Assembly: GCA_027001995.1 (NCBI GenBank)
Contig: JALTLO010000198.1
Coordinates: 1-30,292 of the forward strand
Source: Planctomycetota bacterium
GTDB lineage: Bacteria > Planctomycetota > GCA-002687715 > DRQF01
DNA length: 30,292 nucleotides
Direction: 5' to 3'
In this document: in pieces, positions 1 to 9,600 of the stretch
Layout: each line of letters begins with the position of its first letter
Position numbering within the stretch: the first letter of the stretch is position 1
Made by a program: the position numbers and the translations under genes
Notes under the pieces: model-generated
Seen by the model: the letters and a program-made list of their open reading frames with translations, nothing else
What the model was told of the DNA's origin: nothing
Database searches by the model: none

Positions 1-213
1 ATCCAACAAGCCCAAAAAAACTGGGAGCAGTGGCGTCCCGCCGCTTCTTGGCTATCCAAAAAGAACCAAGGAACCCTAAAATACCCCTCCATCTCCTTGC
101 TCCCAGAAGAAGGCATTCTTCACCGTAGTTTCACCCAGTCAATTTCAATAGAATCGACCTACCTGAAATCAATCAAATACAGCAATTCTCCAGATACACG
201 AGGCTATCCACTC

Positions 214-1746
214 ATGTCTTCCATTGACAGAAATGAACTTCTGAAATCTCTCGGCATCACGGATGTGAACTTTGGTGTCCACAATGGCTGTGAAGCCCTT
301 GACTTGGACGTGACGGGGCAGGTGACTTCATCGTCTCCCGTTGACGGCGCGAAAATTGCCGATGCCAGTATCCATGGTGTGGAAGCCTATGAAGCGCTTA
401 TGGATGGGGCCGACAAAGCATTCAAGAAATGGCGCATGATGCCTGCTCCTCAGAGAGGCGAGATTGTCCGAGAGATCGGTAACGCGCTCCGGGAAAAAAA
501 GGCAGAGCTTGGGGCCTTGGTGACTTTGGAGATGGGGAAAATAGTCAGTGAAGGAGAAGGGGAAGTTCAAGAGATGATCGACATCTGCGACTTCGCCGTT
601 GGTCTTTCGCGCCAGCTCTACGGTCTGACCATGCATAGTGAACGCCCTGCCCATCGGATGTATGAGCAATGGCATCCCCTAGGAAACGTGGGCATCATTA
701 CCGCCTTTAACTTTCCTGTGGCTGTTTGGGCCTGGAATGCCATGTTGGCAGCAGTTTGTGGCGATGTTGTCACTTGGAAACCTTCCCTCAAGACTCCCTT
801 GACTGCCGTGGCCGTCCAAAACATTGTGGCACCCATTGCTCAAAAGCACGACTTAGCTGGGGTGTTTAACATGATCATTGGCAACGATGCCGATGTGGGC
901 GAAGCGATGACATCAGATCGTCGTTTGCCGCTCATCAGTGCCACAGGTTCTTGCCGCATGGGACGGGTTGTCGGCACCAAGGTTGCACAACGACTTGGCC
1001 GTAGTTTGCTCGAGCTCGGGGGCAATAACGCCATCATTGTGATGGATGACGCTGACCTTGACATGGCTATCCGCGCCATCGCTTTTGGCGCAGTCGGCAC
1101 TGCAGGACAACGCTGCACATCAACGCGCCGTGTCTTCTTGCACAAGAACATTTCCCGGAAAGTCATCGATACATTGGTGAAGGCTTATAGCCAGTTCAAC
1201 ATTGGTGATCCTCTGGATCGCAATACCTTGGTTGGCCCTTTGATCGACAAAGACTCTGTTGACCAAATGATGAAAGCCCTTGACCAAGCCAGATCCGAAG
1301 GCGGAGAAGTCCTTTGCGGTGGCGACCGTCTGAGTCGAGATGGTTTCTATGTTACGCCAGCCATTGTCATGGCCAATAAAGACATGACCGTTTTCAAGGA
1401 AGAGACATTCGCACCCATTCTCTATCTCTTTGAAATTGACAGTTACGAAGATGCCATTGCCATGCACAATGATGTCGACCAAGGGCTGTCTTCCGCAGTT
1501 TTCACTTTGAACATGAGGACAGCAGAACAATTCTTGAGCCACGCTGGCAGCGATTGTGGCATTGCCAACGTCAACATTGGTACCAGCGGAGCCGAAATCG
1601 GGGGAGCCTTCGGTGGGGAAAAGGACACCGGCGGCGGTCGGGAGTCTGGATCAGACGCGTGGCGCGCTTACATGCGGCGTCAAACCAACACGATCAATTG
1701 GTCAACAGAACTGCCATTAGCTCAAGGTGTTGAGTTCGACATATAG
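214..1746 (+). CDS. Aldehyde dehydrogenase family 7 (alpha-aminoadipic semialdehyde / piperideine-6-carboxylate dehydrogenase-like)
   Basis: Motifs ITAFNFPVAV, WKPS, catalytic ELGGNNA and GQRCT, EETFAP, and the ALDH7-typical tail GAEIGGAFGGEKDTGGGRESGSDAW...LPLAQG. I prefer the ATG at 214 (GAGG about 10 nt upstream) over the TTG at 97. Confidence 0.92.
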   Translation: MSSIDRNELLKSLGITDVNFGVHNGCEALDLDVTGQVTSSSPVDGAKIADASIHGVEAYEALMDGADKAFKKWRMMPAPQRGEIVREIGNALREKKAELGALVTLEMGKIVSEGEGEVQEMIDICDFAVGLSRQLYGLTMHSERPAHRMYEQWHPLGNVGIITAFNFPVAVWAWNAMLAAVCGDVVTWKPSLKTPLTAVAVQNIVAPIAQKHDLAGVFNMIIGNDADVGEAMTSDRRLPLISATGSCRMGRVVGTKVAQRLGRSLLELGGNNAIIVMDDADLDMAIRAIAFGAVGTAGQRCTSTRRVFLHKNISRKVIDTLVKAYSQFNIGDPLDRNTLVGPLIDKDSVDQMMKALDQARSEGGEVLCGGDRLSRDGFYVTPAIVMANKDMTVFKEETFAPILYLFEIDSYEDAIAMHNDVDQGLSSAVFTLNMRTAEQFLSHAGSDCGIANVNIGTSGAEIGGAFGGEKDTGGGRESGSDAWRAYMRRQTNTINWSTELPLAQGVEFDI

Positions 1747-1795
1747 GACTGATCGCAAGGTCGCAGCCTAAGAGGCTCGCCGGATGACCTGTTTA

Positions 1796-1832
1796 GAAAG
1801 GCACGGGGACGTATGTTCACGTGCCTTTTCTT
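1796..1832 (+). terminator. Rho-independent terminator after the ALDH gene
   Basis: Stem AAAGGCACG (1797-1805) / CGTGCCTTT (1820-1828), an inner GGAC/GTTC pairing, and a TTTTCTT tail. Confidence 0.8.
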
Positions 1833-1961
1833 ACGAGAAGAGGTGCGTCTTGTTCCCGCAGGGGCCGGGGAATCTCTCAGGACTTAAGCTATTCTGTAGC
1901 CGAGGCTGACGATAGCTGCTAAGTATTGGTATTGGCACTGCTGCTTTCTTGAGATTCAACT

Positions 1962-2639
1962 ATGCGCATCCTCATCATCGAAGATTCCGAGCGGTTGGCC
2001 TTGTCACTGCAAAAGGGCCTTAAAATGTCGGGCTATGCTGTGGACGTGGCGTTGGACGGGAAGAAGGGGCTTTCGTATGCCCAGCTTGAACCCTATGACA
2101 TCATTGTCTTAGATCTCATGCTGCCACTGTTGGGTGGATTGAGCATTCTGAGGACATTACGTTGTTCCGGAAATGATGTTCCTGTCATTATCTTGACGGC
2201 GAAAGATTCGGTGGAAGACAGGGTCAAGGGGCTCCGTGAAGGAGCTGACGATTATTTAGCGAAACCATTTGCCTTCTCCGAATTGCTGGCTCGACTTGAG
2301 GCCTTGGCGAGACGCCGCTCTGGCAATGTGAATCCCATCATTGAAATCGGCGATCTCATCATTGACACGACATCCCGAACCGTTTTTCGGTCTGATCAGA
2401 AGATCGACCTGACTGCCCGTGAGTATGCCCTTTTGATGTTCTTAGCTTCTCGTTCGGGGAAAACGATTTCTCGAATCGAAATCGAAGACCATCTCTATGG
2501 CGAAGACAATTTTCCTATGAGCAACGCCGTTTCTTCTGCGATTTCGACTTTGCGTGGGAAATTAAGGAGCACAGGAGGGGAGGAACTCATCCACACCCGT
2601 CGGGGATTGGGTTACGTCTTGGGCGAGCGTTCTTCGTGA
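1962..2639 (+). CDS. OmpR/PhoB-family DNA-binding response regulator
   Basis: Receiver motifs IIEDS, LDLMLP (phospho-Asp), LTAKD, GADDYLAKPF; winged-helix LTAREY...IHTRRGLGY. Confidence 0.95.
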   Translation: MRILIIEDSERLALSLQKGLKMSGYAVDVALDGKKGLSYAQLEPYDIIVLDLMLPLLGGLSILRTLRCSGNDVPVIILTAKDSVEDRVKGLREGADDYLAKPFAFSELLARLEALARRRSGNVNPIIEIGDLIIDTTSRTVFRSDQKIDLTAREYALLMFLASRSGKTISRIEIEDHLYGEDNFPMSNAVSSAISTLRGKLRSTGGEELIHTRRGLGYVLGERSS

Positions 2640-4111
2640 AGTCGATAAGAAGCTACTTAGTCTTTTGGGTGATACTAACGATTGCAGGAACAACGATTGT
2701 TCTTGGGTTCGCCTTCGACGTTGTCTTTGAACGCATGTTGGTGGAAGACTTTGATCATGACCAACTTGACCGAGCCTTGACATTGGGCTCCTTGATTGAA
2801 GAAGACCAAGATGGCATTGCATTTGACTTCGATTTGGATTCATTGCCGGAGCGCACCCAAGGGAAGCACCCCGAGTACGTCGAGGTTTGGCTCAGTGATG
2901 GCACTGAGCTGTTTCGATCCAAGTCCTTGGGCTCTTCGCATCTTCAATTCCCGACGATCACCGAAGAGGGTCATGCTCACTGGGACTTGACTCTCGTGAA
3001 TGGCAGCCAAGGACGGGCTGTTGCTCTTTTGATAGGAATCGCGCCAACACTGGATGAAAAGGAAAACGTAGAGCCAGTAGGCAGTGAGGAGGCTATCAGC
3101 CCCATCATTTCTAAGACCTTGGGTGATTCACAGGCATCAGGCAAGCAATGCGTTATCGCCTTAGCACAAGATCGTCAAATCTTAGATCGGCACCTGCGGA
3201 ACTTTAGAATAGTTTTGACCATTGCGAATCTAATCCTTATCGCTCTGACAACCTTCGTCGTCATTCGGATCATCAACATTGGCCTTCTACCTCTCAATAT
3301 TCTAAGTGACCGTGCCAGAGCTATAGATGCAAAGACCCTTATGGTTCGGATGCCTACGGAATCCCAACCCATTGAGGTGCGCGTCCTTTCGCAACAGCTC
3401 AACAACCTTTTGGAGAGACTAGAGCAGTCCTTTGTTCGTGAACGGAGAATGACGGCAAATGTTGCTCACGAATTGCGCACACCGATTGCCGAGCTATTGG
3501 CAACAAGTGAAGTAGCAGAACGATGGCCACAGGATGAGGAAGCTTCTGCTGAGCTTATCGCGGCTACGACAGATGTTGCCCAGAGAATGAGCCGGATTGT
3601 CAATGGGCTTTTGCATCTTTCGCGGGTTGAGTTCGGTGAAATGCAAGTGGGTAAAACTTCCGTCGACGTTGTTAGCATGGTGGACGAGGCATTTCGTTCT
3701 CATGCTTCCCATATGGCTTCGGGCAAGATCACTCTTGAATTAAGAGGTACTGGCCCTGCTACCCTAACGGACCCTCACCTCATCCCTATCCTGGTTAGCA
3801 ACCTCGTCCACAATGCAGTCATCTACTGTTCGACACCGGGTAGGATTCAATCTTATCTGCTGTCGACGGATAAGACATTCCATTGGCGCCTCAGTAACCC
3901 AGATTCCACTCTCTCCGAAGAAGATCTTGAGCGCTTAACCGAGCCACTATGGTGCAAGGACCCCTCCAGGCGGAACACGCAAAACTCTGGGTTGGGCTTG
4001 GCGATCGTCGCTGACATCGTCGAAACTCTCAGGGGCAGTCTCGCGTTTTCGATTGACGATGGCAGATTTCAAGTCGAGATTCGCATCGGTGAGACAGACA
4101 GCCCCAAGTGA
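2636..4111 (+). CDS. Membrane sensor histidine kinase (two TM segments, HAMP, HisKA, HATPase)
   Basis: GTGA overlap with the regulator stop codon, two hydrophobic segments, H-box AHELRTP, N-box NLVHNAV, G2 box SGLGLAIV. Confidence 0.92.
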   Translation: MKSIRSYLVFWVILTIAGTTIVLGFAFDVVFERMLVEDFDHDQLDRALTLGSLIEEDQDGIAFDFDLDSLPERTQGKHPEYVEVWLSDGTELFRSKSLGSSHLQFPTITEEGHAHWDLTLVNGSQGRAVALLIGIAPTLDEKENVEPVGSEEAISPIISKTLGDSQASGKQCVIALAQDRQILDRHLRNFRIVLTIANLILIALTTFVVIRIINIGLLPLNILSDRARAIDAKTLMVRMPTESQPIEVRVLSQQLNNLLERLEQSFVRERRMTANVAHELRTPIAELLATSEVAERWPQDEEASAELIAATTDVAQRMSRIVNGLLHLSRVEFGEMQVGKTSVDVVSMVDEAFRSHASHMASGKITLELRGTGPATLTDPHLIPILVSNLVHNAVIYCSTPGRIQSYLLSTDKTFHWRLSNPDSTLSEEDLERLTEPLWCKDPSRRNTQNSGLGLAIVADIVETLRGSLAFSIDDGRFQVEIRIGETDSPK

Positions 4112-4290
4112 CATGGGCACCGTGTATCCTGCTCTCTCAGTGTATCTTGGCCATTTGTGTTCGATTTCGCCCGACTCCCAGACACTTTGCCCTAATCTAG
4201 GGGGCCGATTGCCATGCTATCTTGAGAAAGTGATGGCCAAGGTGCTTTTTGTGGCCTGTGCATGCGCTACTCAAGAGGAGTTAAATAGGG

Positions 4291-5277
4291 ATGATTCTTG
4301 TTACAGGAGCGACGGGATTTCTTGGGGCAGCCATTGTCCGGCGGCTGTTGGCTCGGGGTGATGCGATTCGAGTTCTGGCGCGAAAAGGCAGCACGAGAGA
4401 CAACATTGTTGGGCTCGATGTTGAGGTGGTGGAAGGGGACTTATGCCAACCTGAATCGCTGATTCCTGCGGTTCGTGGATGTACAGGCCTTTATCATGTT
4501 GCGGCGGATTATCGTTTGTGGACGCGGGACCCTGCGACCATGCTGAGAACCAACGTCGAAGGTACTGCGGCGATCTTACGGGCCGCCGCCGAAGCAGGGG
4601 TCAAGAGAATTGTTTACACCAGTAGCGTGGCGACTCTTGGAGTTGTGAAGGGCGGCAACGGCGATGAGAATACGCCTATTGAGTACGGTGACATGATTGG
4701 GATCTACAAGAAATCGAAATTTCTTGCGGAAGAGGCAGCGATGGATCTCATTAACAATGAGGGAGTCCCAGCCGTCATCGTGAATCCTTCCACTCCTATT
4801 GGGCCACGCGATATCAAACCAACACCAACCGGACGCATGATTGTTGAGGCCGCCGCTGGCAGGATGCCAGCCTTTGTGGACACTGGCCTCAATGTTGTTC
4901 ATGTTGATGATGTGGCCGAAGGACATCGGCTTGCATTTGACAAAGGGGCTGTCGGTGAGCGCTATGTGCTGGGTGGTGAGAATATGGAATTGAAAGGGAT
5001 TTTGAAGGCTGTGGCCGGCATCACCGGAGGACGTCCGCCGTCCCTCAAGATCCCACACAATCTCCTGTTGCCCTTGGGGTATATGGCCGAGGGCTGGTCG
5101 AGAATGGTCGGTGGGTCGGAGCCCTTTGTCACTGTTGACGGCATTAGAATGGCCAAAAAGAAGATGTTCTTTTCGTCCAAGAAGGCGGAACGTGAGCTCG
5201 GATACAAATCACGGCCCGCGGTCGAGGCTATTCGAGATTCCGTCTCTTGGTTTGCCAAGAATGGCTTTCTTAACTGA
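4291..5277 (+). CDS. hpnA: Hopanoid-associated sugar epimerase / NAD-dependent epimerase-dehydratase (HpnA-like)
   Basis: TGATGFLG Rossmann motif, HVAADYRLW, YKKSK catalytic motif, and PIGPRDIKPTPTG and DTGLNVVHVDDVA, which are typical of HpnA. GAGGAG RBS upstream. Confidence 0.82.
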   Translation: MILVTGATGFLGAAIVRRLLARGDAIRVLARKGSTRDNIVGLDVEVVEGDLCQPESLIPAVRGCTGLYHVAADYRLWTRDPATMLRTNVEGTAAILRAAAEAGVKRIVYTSSVATLGVVKGGNGDENTPIEYGDMIGIYKKSKFLAEEAAMDLINNEGVPAVIVNPSTPIGPRDIKPTPTGRMIVEAAAGRMPAFVDTGLNVVHVDDVAEGHRLAFDKGAVGERYVLGGENMELKGILKAVAGITGGRPPSLKIPHNLLLPLGYMAEGWSRMVGGSEPFVTVDGIRMAKKKMFFSSKKAERELGYKSRPAVEAIRDSVSWFAKNGFLN

Positions 5278-5504
5278 ATGAGATTCTGGGGCGAATGAGA
5301 TCTGGGATTTGTGGGAATCCCAGCAATAGCTCCCTTTCTTGGAGCTTAGATTCGGCGATTGACCACGATTCGAGAACCATGATACAGTGTGTTTCCTCCT
5401 GTTCATGAGAACGTGATGAGGTGAAGTGATTTGAATTCCCGCGGACCTGGAACCCGTTGATTTCTTCCTTGTTTGGCTCACGGTTCGTATCTATGGAGAA
5501 ATGA

Positions 5505-5972
5505 ATGCCTCGTATTCTCGCTCAATCTATCGTCGGTTTGTTGGCCTTTGCTTTTGTTTCTTGCGCCTCCGATGGTGGGCCGGGGCCGTTGGACAGCATG
5601 CACTGGATTTTGGGGGATTGGCGAGCAGAATCGGGAAATGAACTTGTCATCGAGAAATGGCGCCTCGCCAGCGAGGTGACTTTTGAAGGTACGGGACTTA
5701 CTCTTAGCAAAAGCGACAAGTCGGTGAAGAGCGAAGAGACCCTGCGTCTCGTGACCATGGGAGGAGAAGTCTTTTATTTGGCAAAAGTCGCAGAGAACGA
5801 TTTTCCTGTCCCATTCAAGATGACCAGCCACACGAACAGCAAAGCCATCTTCGAGAACCCCGAACGAGATTTTCCTAACAAGTTGATCTACCACCGCATC
5901 GGCATGAATGCTCTTAAGGTCGATGTTATGGGAACAAACGAACCGGGTTTCACACTTCACTTCAAACGATAG
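5505..5972 (+). CDS. Putative lipoprotein, DUF6265-like
   Basis: Hydrophobic leader ending FVSC (lipobox-like); WILGDW, E.W and FENPERDFPNKLIY recall the DUF6265 family (from memory, not searched). GGAG RBS upstream. Confidence 0.7.
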   Translation: MPRILAQSIVGLLAFAFVSCASDGGPGPLDSMHWILGDWRAESGNELVIEKWRLASEVTFEGTGLTLSKSDKSVKSEETLRLVTMGGEVFYLAKVAENDFPVPFKMTSHTNSKAIFENPERDFPNKLIYHRIGMNALKVDVMGTNEPGFTLHFKR

Positions 5973-5975
5973 CTC

Positions 5976-6464
5976 ATGGCTATACGAGACGTCAGAGTTG
6001 ATGACGCTGGGGCGATTTGTCAACTCTACAATGAGCATGTCCTCAACACGATTGTGACTTTTGAAAACGTTCCCGTGGACGTGGTCGAAATGGAGTCCCG
6101 TATTCTTCAGGTGACAGCGGATTATCCTTGGTTGGTCATCGAGCAAGATGGTGAATTCCAAGGATATGCCTATGGAACACAATGGCGAGAACGCAAGGCG
6201 TATCAGCACACTGTTGAAACAGCCATCTATATGGACTCTCACTGTCAAAGGCAGGGTCTGGGTGGCAAACTTTATCGTTCTCTCCTCGATCGGCTTTCCC
6301 GAGGATCAACGTTTCATGTGGCCATAGGTGCTATCGCATTGCCAAATCCTGCCAGTGTAGGGCTTCACGAAAAGTTAGGTTTCCGACGAGTGGCCTTGTT
6401 TTCCCAAGTTGGACGAAAATTCGACCGATGGATCGACGTAGGATTTTGGCAGTACGATCTTTGA
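5976..6464 (+). CDS. GNAT N-acetyltransferase, phosphinothricin/methionine-sulfoximine acetyltransferase (Pat/YncA)-like
   Basis: YNEHVLNTIVTFE, R.AY..TVE, acetyl-CoA motif QRQGLG, LPNPASVGLHEKLGF and VGRKFDRWIDVG. Starts 3 nt after the preceding stop codon. Confidence 0.9.
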   Translation: MAIRDVRVDDAGAICQLYNEHVLNTIVTFENVPVDVVEMESRILQVTADYPWLVIEQDGEFQGYAYGTQWRERKAYQHTVETAIYMDSHCQRQGLGGKLYRSLLDRLSRGSTFHVAIGAIALPNPASVGLHEKLGFRRVALFSQVGRKFDRWIDVGFWQYDL

Positions 6465-6607
6465 ATCTCAGTGGGAATATTTTGGGTATTTTCTGAACTT
6501 CTCGTGGCTTGAGGCGTCAGAGGGACTGAGTCGCTTCGATCATGCCCGTCATACGGTGGCGTTTGGCTTTTTTTAGCCGTGCTCTTTAAGCAAGTAAAGG
6601 TAGTCAC

Positions 6608-9600
6608 ATGTCTCATCGTCATCTCTTTGTACTCGTGTTCTTGATTCTGATCCCGGCTTTTACCGGCGCAACGTTTGCCCCAATCCAGTTCGAGAAGCAG
6701 AACGTTGCCGATGAACAATATGCAGCTCATTCCTATAAGCCTGCTCTGGCTGCTTACCGCGAGATTCTTGTTGACAGCGATAAAACCGAAAATGAGCGTG
6801 GCCACGCCGCCCGTCGAATCGGTCTTTGCTTAGAACACTTGGAACGGTGGGACGAATCCCTAACTCATCTGAAGTTGCAGTCGGGCTCTTTTGCCGGGTC
6901 TATCTGGGGGGCCCGGTTGAAAAGCCTGGAGGGTGCCATCCGCTTGCGGATGCCTCATTATTACTACAAGAAGGGCGATGCCATCAGTCGGGACCAGTGG
7001 ATCCAGGGAGCAAGCTACCACTACACATACTACGATGATGTTCTAGAAGCCCTCAGAGACCTAGCTCAAGCACGCAAACTTTATGCCCCCCATCTGACCT
7101 TGAGCGAAAAGAAAAACAAAGAGGCGTTGGCGACCATGGCCGGGGAGTATTCAGAGATCTGTCTCAACATGGCCACGGCTTTGGAGGCTCACCGTAATCA
7201 AAAGGGCGGTTTAGCAGGTTTCGAGCCCGCTGAAAGTGTCAAGCAAGATCTAGAAAAACACAATGTTGGTTTGGGGTTCGGGCGCGATCCTCAGATCTGG
7301 TTCAATGAAGCCAAAAGGGTATGCAAGGAATTCGCTGCGTCCAACCTAAACGCCACTGCCTGTTACTTAGAAGCTCTCTATTGCAACCGTCTTCTGTCTG
7401 GCCAACAAGAAGTAACGGTGCAGTGTCATCAAGGAACTTATGTGACACGTTACCGTTTCGGAGGTACGGAAGAGAAGCCTCAAATTGTCAAGTTGCCAGA
7501 TGCCTCCAATCCATTCCTCCTCCTTGCCGATTTGATCAAGCGCTTTCCTCAATCTTCCGTGTGTGATGAGGCTACATTCATATTGGCAAAGATTCAGAAC
7601 GAATATGGCTTGTATGTCGAATCCCTAGCCACCCTCGAGGAATTCAGGGCGAAGCATAGGAAAAGTCTGTGGCGCAGTGACGCGTTGTCCATGGTCCAAG
7701 AGATTACCCATCCCCTTCTTGAGGTGGGGGCGCTCCATTCATTCGCCCCAGGTGAAAAGGTCGACTTAGAGATCAAAACCAGAAACATCAAGGAACTCAA
7801 AGTTGAAGCTTTTGAGATCGACTTGGCTGGGGTTTATGGGACGCGCAAATACCTCAAAGACCATGACTCAAGCTTAGGCACCGTAGACAAACTTGTGCAG
7901 ATAGCTGGTTCCAAATACTTGAATCGTCGGTCAACCGCTTTTCTTGGTCGCTTCAAGACAGCAGACAAGGGAGAGTATCAGCATTTGACTGGCAAGATGA
8001 GTTTGTCTCTACCAAAGACCGGCGCATACGTGATTGAACTGAGTGACAAAGAGACCACCTATCGTTCTCTGGTAGTTGTCTCGGACATCGCCATGATCCG
8101 TAAGACGACGAACAAAGAAACCATCGTCTATGTCGGCTCGGCAAGTGATGGACAACCCGTTGCAGGTGCTGACGTTCTGGTTCGTCAGGAACACCGTTCA
8201 AAAGGACTCTTCGGTTGGTATGATCGGCTGGGTCATAATTGGGGAATCACTGCTGAAGACGGGACTTTTCTTCGGAGTCATGAGGACTCAGGGGGGCAGC
8301 GTGTCTATATCGAAGCCTTTGCTCACAAGGGCAAGAACTATGCTCTGACTCCGCCAAAGTCCTTCTATCCTGAGAATTCTAAGAACAAGAACATGGTCCT
8401 CTATGGTTTTACGGATCGACCAGTCTATCGTCCCTCTCAAACGATCGCCTTTGTTGGGAATTTACGTCGCCGGGTCGATGAGGATTATGAAAATCTGCCT
8501 CAGGAAAAGTTCAAGGTCACGATCACGGACCCAAAAGGCAGCAAGATATTCGATCAGATCATCCAGGCAGATGACTTTGGGGTGGTGTCCGGATCGATCC
8601 GCGTTGGCGATGAACCACCATTGGGTTCTTACCAGATTAGTTACCGCCAAAACAATCGTTGGGTGGGGAGTCATCGTTTCCGCATCGAAGAGTACAAGAA
8701 ACCAGAGTTTGAAGTGGTGGTCTCGGGGCCCGATCAGGCGATTCGCGCCGGCGATCGCTTCGACGTCAAGATTCACGGAGAGTTCTACTTTGGTGGTGGT
8801 GTGGCTCAATCCAAAGTTGCATGGCGGATTTATCGAGAATCCTACTATCCCACTTTTAACCTCATAGAGCCCTACGCCTATCTCTACGGCAACAAGAGCT
8901 CTCGCCTACCTGGGAGATACCGCCAAAGGAATCGAGAGCTTGTGGCCCAGGGGCAGGGAGTTACCGATGCTGCGGGTGATCTTGTTCTGGCCATTGACTC
9001 GCAACCCTGGAAGGAGAAGTATGCCAAGGATGACCATCGCTTTGTTGTTGAAGCTGACCTGACCGATCTTTCTCGGCGCACGATTTCAGGGAGAGGAGAT
9101 ATTTTAGTTCCTCGTCGTGGGCTTTTTGCGCACGTTGAGGCAAACCAAGGATTTTATCGAGTTGGCGAAAAAGCAAGTTTCGAAATTTGCCTGCAAAAGC
9201 CAGACGGGTCACCTGCTGAGTCTGAAGGGCAAGTGGTCGTTTATCGTGTGACCTCGCTTCGTGAAGGCGATAAGATTGTTGAGTCCCGCACACAAATCAC
9301 CAGCAACGCGTCGCGCACCAATGCGAAAGGTAGGGGCCAATTTGTTTGGCAAACGGATTCCCCAGGGCGATTTGTTGTCCGCTATGTGACTCAAGACAAG
9401 TGGGGCGAAGCAGTCGTTGGCGAGCAACATGTCTGGGTCACATCTCCTGACTACAAAGCTGATGAGTTTCAGCTTAACAATGTTGAGATCGTCTCGGACA
9501 AAACAGAATACAAGTCTGGGGAAAAAGCGTTCCTCATGATCAATTGCCAGTTTCCTGATTCCTTTGTCATGGTTTCTGTGGAAGCTGGGAAATCAGTCCT

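Noticed and set aside
1883..1900. CTTAAG-N5-CTGTAG, resembling a PmrA/QseB-type autoregulatory box
   Set aside because: The second half-site is too degenerate to support.
5276..5323. Short direct repeat GAATGAGAT(T)CTGGG twice plus an 8-bp hairpin
   Set aside because: Only two copies with no spacers, so it is not CRISPR. There is no U-tract, and it is probably a local duplication.
5478..6248. 256-aa minus-strand ORF
   Set aside because: Antisense to two well-supported + strand genes and has no motifs.
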